Translations under genes and position numbers: made by a program
Source: a virus
Taxonomy: Duplodnaviria > Caudoviricetes
Strand: one strand, 5' to 3'
Length of the DNA stretch: 34,639 nucleotides
Virus record (IMG/VR): IMGVR_UViG_3300048893_000029
Coordinates: 1 to 34,639 of that record
The notes under the pieces: generated by a model
The model's database searches: none
What the model was told of the DNA's origin: nothing
Seen by the model: only the letters and a program-made list of their open reading frames with translations
Part shown: positions 27,617-34,639 of the stretch, piece by piece
Layout: each line of letters begins with the position of its first letter
How positions within the stretch are numbered: the first letter of the stretch is position 1

Positions 27617-27779
27617 GATCGGCTCCTTGACTAGATTGATTTAGTTTGCTTTCAGCCCATGCGATCACTTCGGTAGCTAGTGTATGAGCTTGCTTGATGA
27701 GGAACTCGGCAATAACTGGTTCTTGATTAACCAATTCAGCTTCGAGTTTGGGAAGAATAATAGAACTTAATAAACTCAT
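27603..27779 (-). CDS. Hypothetical protein (58 aa, MSLLSSIILPKLE...)
   Basis: Translated by hand; AAGGA SD. Confidence 0.6.
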   Translation of the reverse strand: MSLLSSIILPKLEAELVNQEPVIAEFLIKQAHTLATEVIAWAESKLNQSSQGADHAAN

Positions 27780-27788
27780 GATATGTCC

Positions 27789-27959
27789 TTATATCGATTC
27801 GATCATGTGATCGATTTCAATGATTGCGCCGTTAATGTTCGCAATCTCCTTCTTTATCACCTTAACGCGCTCCTTAAGCAAGTCCAAATCAACTTGGCTT
27901 GTAGTGAGGGTATTGGCTAAAGATTCCCTGCGTGCTTGCAATACTTCCAATGTAATCAC
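27789..27959 (-). CDS. Coiled-coil protein (56 aa, GTG start, MITLEVLQARRE...)
   Basis: Translated by hand; AAGGA SD. Confidence 0.55.
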   Translation of the reverse strand: MITLEVLQARRESLANTLTTSQVDLDLLKERVKVIKKEIANINGAIIEIDHMIESI

Positions 27960-27988
27960 GTGTCACGTTCCTTGTTGTTGAAGGCGCA

Positions 27989-28186
27989 TCATGCGCCCAC
28001 TAAATTCTCATCAATATATTTAACACCTTTCATCATTGCGCAATTGAAAGATTTAACATCTTCCCATCCCGCAATCAGTTCCCCGCATGGCTTCTTAACG
28101 TCTACGATGTAGGTTTTATCTATCATCTCGTAGATTGTAATATCAAAACCTTTGTACTCTTTATCACTCACATGGTTATACAACAT
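27989..28186 (-). CDS. Hypothetical moron protein with its own promoter
   Basis: GAGGAG SD; upstream TTGTTT-N17-TATAAT on the minus strand (about 28229-28257). Confidence 0.65.
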   Translation of the reverse strand: MLYNHVSDKEYKGFDITIYEMIDKTYIVDVKKPCGELIAGWEDVKSFNCAMMKGVKYIDENLVGA

Positions 28187-28271
28187 TTAACATCTCCTCA
28201 TCACAACAATTAACATTCAATGAGGAGTATTATATATTTACTGATTTAATTAAACAAGTATTTAATTACAT

Positions 28272-28445
28272 TTATTTCAAATAACCTTTCTTTCCGTAGT
28301 TCTCTTTACTTTGAGGCGGAAGATTACGAGATGCTCCTGCTTCTGCATAGGTGCGAATCTCTTGTTTCTGTTCACGCTCAAGGTAAATGTTATTGCGAGT
28401 AGCTTGATAGCCATCTGGTTTATGTGATGTGTATTTAGCGCCCAT
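28272..28445 (-). CDS. Hypothetical protein (57 aa, MGAKYTSHKPDGY...)
   Basis: Translated by hand; AAGGAG SD. Confidence 0.6.
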   Translation of the reverse strand: MGAKYTSHKPDGYQATRNNIYLEREQKQEIRTYAEAGASRNLPPQSKENYGKKGYLK

Positions 28446-28544
28446 GTTATTCTCCTTAATTGGTGGCTGCTCTGAGCTGACTCGTTGGTTATTCGTTCGC
28501 TTTAGTTCCCTTCAAACCTGGACTCTCAAAGACTTATGCCATAT

Positions 28545-28691
28545 TTAGTATTTGCAATCCTTCTTCTTCATCTTAGACTTGAGCACTTCATTGCCCATCA
28601 TCTTCTTGTCTTGCTTGGTGTCTTTGCGCTCTTCTTTCTTGTCATTACGCTTGATCATCTTCTTGATTTCGTTCTTCGTTACCTTTGCCAT
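28545..28691 (-). CDS. Very basic small protein (48 aa, MAKVTKNEIKKMIKR...)
   Basis: Translated by hand; AGGAG SD inside the terS 3' end. Confidence 0.55.
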   Translation of the reverse strand: MAKVTKNEIKKMIKRNDKKEERKDTKQDKKMMGNEVLKSKMKKKDCKY

Positions 28692-29103
28692 GTTTAGCTC
28701 CTGCCATTAAGTTCATACGTTCGTTTAGTTCTTTGAGCAATACGTTATTACCGAAGTACTTAGGCCATCTTCGCTCTAACATCCAAGCATCGGCTTGCCA
28801 TCTTTCAGGTTTAGCTGCAATCATGTCTGTATGCTCAAGGACTCTATCAAGTTCAGCCCTTTTTATAGACTCGGAAAACTTTGTATATTCTGTGTCCAGC
28901 CCTTGGAGTTGATGAGCCTTACCAGTATTGAGCCAATCATAGAGTGTGGCTTCGCAAATGCCGTTCGCTTCGGCTGCTAGCTCATAGGGAATACGCCTTG
29001 ATATGTCGTTTATGATTTTCGCCCGTCTTTCAGGGGTGAACTTGCTATTTCTAGCAATATCGGTAACTTCATCAGGCTTTTTAATCCTTGCGTTTCTAGT
29101 CAT
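28645..29103 (-). CDS. terS: Terminase small subunit (HTH)
   Basis: SKFTPE...I...I..., AA...GI...TLY.W...G, WQA.AW.LERR.P..FG motif. Confidence 0.8.
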   Translation of the reverse strand: MTRNARIKKPDEVTDIARNSKFTPERRAKIINDISRRIPYELAAEANGICEATLYDWLNTGKAHQLQGLDTEYTKFSESIKRAELDRVLEHTDMIAAKPERWQADAWMLERRWPKYFGNNVLLKELNERMNLMAGAKHGKGNEERNQEDDQA

Positions 29104-29143
29104 CGCACTAATCCTTTAGTGTATGTAAAACATGATATGAATA

Positions 29144-29362
29144 TTACTGTTTTTTGTTCTTTAATACTACCATAATGAAAAATAATACAACGGTTTCAAA
29201 GCCATCCAAAGAAGACAGCAACTGTATCACTGAATCATAATCAAACTTTCTAGCCTTCACCATTTCGATTAAGCTAGAAATAAATTGTATAAAGCACAAA
29301 AAAGTAGGAACAGTCATCACCGTTGCGGGCTTTGATTGAATATAATCTCGTATGCGCTTCAT
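29144..29362 (-). CDS. Putative holin
   Basis: Two hydrophobic segments, basic C-terminus, adjacent to the endolysin. Confidence 0.5.
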   Translation of the reverse strand: MKRIRDYIQSKPATVMTVPTFLCFIQFISSLIEMVKARKFDYDSVIQLLSSLDGFETVVLFFIMVVLKNKKQ

Positions 29363-29370
29363 TTGTCACC

Positions 29371-29784
29371 TCATACCACCAGTTCAAAGTGATCGGCATC
29401 ATTAAGCTGTCCGGGTCTATCAAGCTTTCCTAATCCATCCCAAGAACCACCCCAACGCACAGAATGGGTCATTTTCCCCTCATCCTTGAGTTTTTGAGCT
29501 ATACCCATGACATAACCACCAAACCATAGTGAAAGCTTCTCATCGTTTAAATTTACCGGGTAAGGTGTCACATCTACGGCCATTGAAGGGTTGGCATTAT
29601 GCTTGCCATGTGGCCAATGCAGTTTTGTATTGCCTTCTTCAAAGGCTTTCTCTTGGTCTGCTTCATTGCGATAGCCTTCAAGAATCGTGCAATCGAAGTA
29701 TTTAATCACCTCATAAAACAAAGCCTGTAAATCAGGATGGCATGTAGACAGCTTTGAAAATGATGCTTGGCTAAATTTTGGCAT
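29371..29784 (-). CDS. Endolysin, M15 family L-Ala-D-Glu peptidase
   Basis: HPDL, EGYR...Q, KH......AVD, RWGG.W, D..HFEL. Confidence 0.9.
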   Translation of the reverse strand: MPKFSQASFSKLSTCHPDLQALFYEVIKYFDCTILEGYRNEADQEKAFEEGNTKLHWPHGKHNANPSMAVDVTPYPVNLNDEKLSLWFGGYVMGIAQKLKDEGKMTHSVRWGGSWDGLGKLDRPGQLNDADHFELVV

Positions 29785-29889
29785 TAACTTTCCTTGTCTT
29801 GTTTAAATTAAGTGTAGCAAATAATAGCCCTATTGCTAGGGCTAGACAGGAGGGAAGTTACAATGAATCAGATTAATAATAATAGAAAT

Positions 29890-30297
29890 TTAAGCGTGGA
29901 GATAGCTTTCAATAATTCTTATGCCATCTTCCCAACCATAGCAGAAGTGACCGTCAAATCCTACTGTCTTCATGCGCTCTATCCAAATTTCTTGATTAAT
30001 CCAAGTCTCAGACTTCCTCGCTGATGGCGGGTAGTGCATATTGCGCTTCACTTCCAGCCAAAGCCCTGCATATAAACGTGTACGGCTCGGGTAAGGAATG
30101 AACAAGTCACTCACACCCGGGCGCAAACCCATTAACTTCAAGTTCCAAGTTTGGGCTTCTGTCCTTTTGCCTTCATTGTTGTTCTTGTAAAAGTAATCCT
30201 TCAAAACCGGGTGGAGACTCAGCCACTTGACCAGAGCACGTTGCTCTTGGTTCTCCGTGGGAATCAGAAACTTTCGTGTCATCCTTGACCTCATCAT
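29890..30297 (-). CDS. VRR-NUC domain nuclease (resolvase-like)
   Basis: E..EQ, NEGKR, G.RPGVSDL, LEVK (PD-D/ExK). Confidence 0.85.
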   Translation of the reverse strand: MMRSRMTRKFLIPTENQEQRALVKWLSLHPVLKDYFYKNNNEGKRTEAQTWNLKLMGLRPGVSDLFIPYPSRTRLYAGLWLEVKRNMHYPPSARKSETWINQEIWIERMKTVGFDGHFCYGWEDGIRIIESYLHA

Positions 30298-30347
30298 TTC
30301 CGTATAAGATTTTCATCAACGCTAAAACATCTTGTTTTTCACGCAAA

Positions 30348-30512
30348 TTAACCGACTTTTTTTTCATGCTTCTTTGCTTCCTCTTCATCCGCGCAACGGC
30401 GTAAAAATATTTCTGATGCTTCACTAATGGTCATGCTATTGGGTAAAAAACCCTTAACACATGCAAGCCACGCAACAAACTTCTTTGCTTTCTCTCCTTG
30501 AATCGTACTCAT
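30348..30512 (-). CDS. Hypothetical protein (54 aa, MSTIQGEKAKKF...)
   Basis: Translated by hand; AAGGA SD. Confidence 0.55.
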   Translation of the reverse strand: MSTIQGEKAKKFVAWLACVKGFLPNSMTISEASEIFLRRCADEEEAKKHEKKVG

Positions 30513-30527
30513 TTCATCATCCTTGTT

Positions 30528-30725
30528 TTAGTAGTACTTTAATTGACCAACCATCTCCTCGTAGCACTTGATGGCTTCCTCTATTTTTTCATCAGGGTGT
30601 GCGTCCAAGACTTCCTTGCAATGTTGCTGCAAGAATTCAATGTCATCACCGCCATGTCCATCTGAAACTTTTTTTATCAGCGTACACAAATAATTCTTAC
30701 GCGCTATCCATAACGCCTTATGCAT
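30528..30725 (-). CDS. Hypothetical protein
   Basis: TGATG coupling to the P-like gene. Confidence 0.6.
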   Translation of the reverse strand: MHKALWIARKNYLCTLIKKVSDGHGGDDIEFLQQHCKEVLDAHPDEKIEEAIKCYEEMVGQLKYY

Positions 30726-31645
30726 CAGTCATGCGCCCAATTTTTATACATTTTAGTAGGTCGCCCATTACCAGTTCTATCAGAGGCTTTCTGAGATGCA
30801 AACCCTTCACGCTGGCTAGGCGGTACGTAGCCTTGTTTCTTTAACCATTCACCTTGATCACGCATATTCAAAAACTTATTACGCTCCATCACATAAACAG
30901 GCGGTAAAATCATGGTTTCGGTCTCAGGAATGCTAAGAAGGTATGATTTGTATTCATCAAACACGGCCTGATCAAACTCTCTATGCCCCTTCTTTACCTT
31001 GTTTGCGTCAAATTCCTTGTAAGTCTTTCCACCACCAGCAATCTTTTTGCTTTGAAGTATTTCTTGGCATTTATTCATACACTCACGAAACGCTTTGCTT
31101 TCTTCTGTGCTTGGAATCTTGGATGGTGCGGGTAGTTCCTTGGGTCTGGAATTATATTCTTCAAGGTGCGCCCATGCTTTGTGAGGTTCAACATGAAACT
31201 CAGCCCTTAATGTGGCGTAGTGCTCTTTGACCTTGCGCTCAATCTCTTCTGCTTTGCCATTGGTGAGCGTCCATGAACCAATCTTGTCATACACCATCTT
31301 GACCAATGGATGGCTAAAGTCACGAGCAACCATCAAGCGGATCACCTCTTGCTGTGAAGGCATTCCAGACTCTTTCATGCATAATTCTACGAGTTGGCCT
31401 AATGTTGGCGGGTACTCTTCGAACTCTGTTAAAGTCTTGTTAACGGCTGCACGCACTTGGTCAATGGAGAACTTGCTAAGTTCTTCCAACCAATCTTCCA
31501 TGATGTATTCCCAATCATCATCATGGCTTGCTCGTGATGTCCAAAGATTGCCGTACCTTCCACGAAACCGCGCAAAGAGCCTAGCAATCAGTGAGGCATC
31601 AACGTAATGGGTCAATTGTATTACCGCTGGCGTGGTCATATACAT
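30725..31645 (-). CDS. Replication protein P-like helicase loader
   Basis: LF......YG..W..., W...L, PPTL.Q...LC; follows the initiator. Confidence 0.65.
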   Translation of the reverse strand: MYMTTPAVIQLTHYVDASLIARLFARFRGRYGNLWTSRASHDDDWEYIMEDWLEELSKFSIDQVRAAVNKTLTEFEEYPPTLGQLVELCMKESGMPSQQEVIRLMVARDFSHPLVKMVYDKIGSWTLTNGKAEEIERKVKEHYATLRAEFHVEPHKAWAHLEEYNSRPKELPAPSKIPSTEESKAFRECMNKCQEILQSKKIAGGGKTYKEFDANKVKKGHREFDQAVFDEYKSYLLSIPETETMILPPVYVMERNKFLNMRDQGEWLKKQGYVPPSQREGFASQKASDRTGNGRPTKMYKNWAHD

Positions 31646-32414
31646 TTCCCTTGTTCAAGTGCCTATTGATTACCCGTGATAAAGCATCACCGCCTGTGTT
31701 TCTGGGTTTTTGGGTTTTGGGTGGAGTAAGCGCATCATGCCATCGTTCGTTTTGTAGGTAGGTTGAAGGGTGAGGTATGAATTGAAGCTCTTGCCATTGT
31801 CCATCGTTAACAAGGCGGTTGCTCACATCATTCATGATTTGTTCTGCATTAGTGTTCAGCGCGTACTTATCCCAAATCTTTTTGGCGCGCACTTTGTTTT
31901 TCTTTATGGGGTATATATTCCAGAATTCATTAAAAGCACATGGTTGGCGCGTTTGTGCTTCGGTAGAAGCACTATTGTTTTTAGATCTTTCTTTTGTATC
32001 TTCTTTCTTTTCTACACTGTTTCTTTTATAGGTGCTGTTATCCGTAGCACGGTTATCCGTGTCACGGTTTTCAGCAAACGGTGCACATTTTTCCTCAGAG
32101 TCCTTGATTATAAAGGCCGTTCCGTCATTTACCTGTAAATCAAAGTGTGCAAATCTACCTTTTTCTGTGCGAACTTGCACAGTTTTTATGAGTGCATGTT
32201 CTTCAAGTATCGCTAGTAATGAATTGAGCTTATTGATTCCTAATAGTGCATGTTTTCTTAAGTGGTTTTTGTGGAATTCCCAACCATGAGGCATACTTAA
32301 AAGAAAACAATATAATCCTAAAGCTTCCATATTGCGTAAGTTTTGAAGAACCTTGTTTGGAAAAGTTGTAAAATTACCTTCATTCTTGCTTACCTTATAT
32401 TTTTGTACACTCAT
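31599..32414 (-). CDS. Replication initiator (lambda O analogue)
   Basis: N-terminal wHTH NFT..PN...LGLY.FLLS.P..W; C-terminal F.EFW..YP.K..K and FIPHPSTYL..ERW.D. Confidence 0.85.
   Translation of the reverse strand: MSVQKYKVSKNEGNFTTFPNKVLQNLRNMEALGLYCFLLSMPHGWEFHKNHLRKHALLGINKLNSLLAILEEHALIKTVQVRTEKGRFAHFDLQVNDGTAFIIKDSEEKCAPFAENRDTDNRATDNSTYKRNSVEKKEDTKERSKNNSASTEAQTRQPCAFNEFWNIYPIKKNKVRAKKIWDKYALNTNAEQIMNDVSNRLVNDGQWQELQFIPHPSTYLQNERWHDALTPPKTQKPRNTGGDALSRVINRHLNKGNVYDHASGNTIDPLR
31976..32083. other. Putative replication origin: iterons plus asymmetric AT-rich tract inside the initiator gene
   Basis: CTGTTATCCGTAGCA / CGGTTATCCGTGTCA / CGGTTTTCAGCAAA at about 15-nt period next to a T-rich tract. 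Confidence 0.65.
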
Positions 32415-32462
32415 GGCTAAATCCTTTTAATAGGGTGAACAGCACATCTTGTGCATAAGGAA

Positions 32463-32491
32463 ACTATAAGGTTTGGAATGGAATAGTGCAA
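32463..32491 (-). promoter_or_regulatory. Leftward promoter TTGCAC-N17-TATAGT for the replication operon
   Basis: Consensus match with 17-nt spacer. Confidence 0.65.
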
Positions 32492-32498
32492 AGAAAGG

Positions 32499-32527
32499 TT
32501 GTGATTGGCCGATGACATGATTATAAT
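32499..32527 (+). promoter_or_regulatory. Rightward promoter TTGTGA-N17-TATAAT
   Basis: Perfect -10, 17-nt spacer, back-to-back with the leftward promoter. Confidence 0.6.
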
Positions 32528-32533
32528 TGCCTT

Positions 32534-32690
32534 ATGTGTATGGACGCACTTAGCCGTTTTATGCCAAACAATGGCGTCCGGTAGTTCTTAAAGCATGATT
32601 GACTCAACTTGGCGGTCTAGCAATCACGCGACTATAAAAGTTCCAGCAGCATGGAACAGTGAAGTAACTTGCTGCTAACCCTTCTAGTTT
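32534..32690 (+). ncRNA. Candidate structured small RNA or leader
   Basis: GC-richer island with three stems downstream of a promoter; no ORF with an SD. Confidence 0.4.
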
Positions 32691-32782
32691 ACCCTTTAAA
32701 TTTTACTGATCCTAATATATTTCATCTACTAATGTAAATAAAAATTATTATTACATATTTACATATTTATTTTGTTTTCCTA

Positions 32783-32811
32783 TTGTGTACTTAAATAATT
32801 ATTGGTATGAT
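32783..32811 (+). promoter_or_regulatory. Promoter TTGTGT-N17-TATGAT with extended -10, for the early operon
   Basis: TGG-TATGAT, 17-nt spacer; TTACATATT repeats just upstream. Confidence 0.6.
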
Positions 32812-32850
32812 TCACTTATTGAATTAAACAACACAACAAAAAGAGAATAA

Positions 32851-33048
32851 ATGATGAAAGATTATGTAAATTTAACTACATTTAATATGAGAATTGATCG
32901 AGAAGTTTTAAAGTTTTTAAAGATGCAAGCCATTCATCTTGAATGCTCTATGACTGACTTGGCCAATAAATTATTTAGTGATTATAAAACAAAAATAGAG
33001 AAGAAAAGAAAAGAAGAAGTCCTTAAGGAAGATTCACTTAAGGATTAA
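32851..33048 (+). CDS. Ribbon-helix-helix (Arc/CopG-like) regulator
   Basis: TFNMRID.EV...LK..A......SM..L pattern. Confidence 0.75.
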   Translation: MMKDYVNLTTFNMRIDREVLKFLKMQAIHLECSMTDLANKLFSDYKTKIEKKRKEEVLKEDSLKD

Positions 33049-33051
33049 TAA

Positions 33052-33228
33052 ATGAAAGAATTAATCATTAAAATAGAACAACAATTGCAAAATCAAGTAG
33101 ACCATATTTGTAGGAATTATGAACAAAAAGAATTAAAACAAAAGATGTATGATTTAGCAATTGAATGGTACGTTAAGGGAATTAAATCTTGGGATGGTTT
33201 AAAAAATGAAGGCGATAATGAAAGATGA
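33052..33228 (+). CDS. Hypothetical protein (58 aa, MKELIIKIEQQL...)
   Basis: Translated by hand; AAGGA SD. Confidence 0.55.
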   Translation: MKELIIKIEQQLQNQVDHICRNYEQKELKQKMYDLAIEWYVKGIKSWDGLKNEGDNER

Positions 33229-33391
33229 ACAATACATTGAGCATGAGGTTCAATTACGAGTTCATGATGAACGATTCAAGGTTCAAGATGAACGTTTTGT
33301 AAGACTTGAATCCAAAATGAACTGGTTAATCAGTTTAGTAATTGGAGGTTGGCTTGTTCCTATTGGGTTACATTTTATGAAATTAGGTTAA
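33206..33391 (+). CDS. Coiled-coil protein with C-terminal TM (XhlA/DUF1640-like architecture)
   Basis: VHDERF/VQDERF heptads, then WLISLVIGGWLVPIGL. Confidence 0.6.
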   Translation: MKAIMKDEQYIEHEVQLRVHDERFKVQDERFVRLESKMNWLISLVIGGWLVPIGLHFMKLG

Positions 33392-33468
33392 TATTTTAAG
33401 GCTGTGAATGACTGGCTGGAACCAATCATTCACTGAACATAACAAACATCCGTTGCAGGAGATTAATA

Positions 33469-33981
33469 ATGCACGCATTAAGTTTAGCGTATTCTAACGC
33501 ACAAAAGCAATCATCATGGATTGATGATCCCTTTGAAGGGTTTGTTACAGGAGTAACACCATTGTCACATAAACGCCGATTAGAAGACTATGCACTAGAA
33601 TTAGTTGCAAGTTATGGCGAATTCATCAACAACCAATACGAGCTTAACTTCGAAAAGCTTTCATCCCCTTATCAGCTTGAACTGACACGCCTGTACATAG
33701 AATCAATAGACCGCGAAATAGAGTGGGCTTGCTATGGCGATGATCAATCAATCAATAGCGATTTTCTTTGTGCCATGCTTGCCATGCTTAAAGATTCTAA
33801 CCCAAAAACTCGCTCTAAATTCGCTCAAGTTACAACACGAAACCTTATAGCCTATTACAAAGATGCGCTTCAATCCGTATTAGATACCGCATGTCATGAC
33901 CTTCAATGCAGTGAAATGAACAATGCAGGATTCCACTGCGAACAAGATTTGAATAACGGCGACTTTTATTGGAGCAAATAA
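33469..33981 (+). CDS. Hypothetical protein
   Basis: AGGAG SD, 170 aa. Confidence 0.7.
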   Translation: MHALSLAYSNAQKQSSWIDDPFEGFVTGVTPLSHKRRLEDYALELVASYGEFINNQYELNFEKLSSPYQLELTRLYIESIDREIEWACYGDDQSINSDFLCAMLAMLKDSNPKTRSKFAQVTTRNLIAYYKDALQSVLDTACHDLQCSEMNNAGFHCEQDLNNGDFYWSK

Positions 33982-34063
33982 TAATGATTAAAGATTACAT
34001 GACACCAAAAGAGAGATTGAACTTTCCAAAGCGTAAATGGTTCTGGAATAGATAAACACTTTA

Positions 34064-34101
34064 TAAGTCCAGAAAACCCAATCTGGGTTTCTGGGTTTAT
34101 T
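34064..34101 (+). terminator. Hairpin, probable terminator
   Basis: CCAGAAAACCCA-ATC-TGGGTTTCTGG then TTTATT. Confidence 0.5.
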
Positions 34102-34157
34102 CGGAGTTTATTTAAGACCTTAAATGGTCATATTATGTTAACAGTTAGGAGTTTAAA

Positions 34158-34639
34158 ATGGCGTTAAAAGCAAAAAAACCATCAGTAGTTGATTGCAGAC
34201 TTAAAGCATTGTTCTATGGTTCGGCGGGAGTCGGTAAGACCTACGCAGCAATTCAATTCCCAAAGCCGTACATCATAGATACCGAAGGATCAACCAATAA
34301 GCCTCAGTACGTGAAGCTTATAGAAAAATCAGACGGCGCAGTGCTTATGACCGTAGATTTTGACGAAATGATTAATGAAGTCCGTGAACTGCTTACTACC
34401 AAACACGATTACAAGACATTGATTCTTGACTCGCTTACCTTGGCTTATAATGATTTGCTTGAAAAAGCCGAGCGAAAGGTTGGTACAGACTTTGGCCGTC
34501 ACTACGGCGAAGCAAATAAACGAATGAAGCAACTTTTGAACTTATTGTTCCGTTTGGACATGAATGTGATAATTACAAGCCATTCCAAGAATGAATACGG
34601 TCAAAATTTAGCCGTTTTGGGGCAAACATTTGATTGTTA
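34158..34639 (+). CDS. sak4: 5' part of Sak4-like AAA ATPase (continues to 491 across the join)
   Basis: LKALFYGSAGVGKT Walker A, IDTEG, TLILDSLT Walker B; AGGAG SD; missed by the ORF track because it runs off the end. Confidence 0.8.
   Translation, partial: MALKAKKPSVVDCRLKALFYGSAGVGKTYAAIQFPKPYIIDTEGSTNKPQYVKLIEKSDGAVLMTVDFDEMINEVRELLTTKHDYKTLILDSLTLAYNDLLEKAERKVGTDFGRHYGEANKRMKQLLNLLFRLDMNVIITSHSKNEYGQNLAVLGQTFDC

Noticed and set aside
28461-28540. tRNA-like element on the minus strand (GGC...GCCACCA, 80 nt)
   Set aside because: No 7-bp acceptor stem, T-loop (TTCRA) or anticodon arm; at most an irregular hairpin
32535-32678. 16-aa and 27-aa ORFs inside the candidate ncRNA
   Set aside because: No SD and no recognisable features; RNA structure explains the region better
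34513-34639. 127-bp terminal repeat as biological direct terminal repeats
   Set aside because: The length equals a common assembler k-mer and it falls mid-gene, so it is best explained as a circular assembly overlap
1-34639. Stop-codon reassignment, CRISPR array or introns
   Set aside because: Core genes are full length in the standard code with all three stops used; no regularly spaced repeats or interrupted core genes were seen

Overview
The window is a complete, circularly assembled ~34.5 kb dsDNA tailed-phage genome. Bases 1-127 equal 34513-34639, so unit length is 34,512 bp and one ATPase gene crosses the join. The virion module is P22-like podoviral and lies on the minus strand: TerS, TerL, portal, scaffold, coat, head-tail adaptor, tail hub, three ejection proteins and several tail/fibre proteins. 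It is preceded by a lambda O/P-like replication pair with an iteron origin, a VRR-NUC nuclease, an M15 endolysin and a putative holin. The plus-strand early arm encodes an RHH regulator, Sak4-like recombinase plus SSB, a metallophosphoesterase, a Tad2/DUF2829-like protein, a DnaB N-terminal-only protein, a WGR protein and many small Zn-finger or membrane proteins. I found no integrase, CI-type repressor, tRNA or CRISPR array. The most striking unexplained signal is at RNA level: at least a dozen gene starts, plus the leaders of portal, scaffold and coat, carry short hairpins with A(N)GGA in the loop. This is the CsrA/RsmA binding-site architecture and suggests phage replication and morphogenesis are under the host Csr/Rsm switch. 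All assignments come from motif and synteny recognition by eye, not from database searches.
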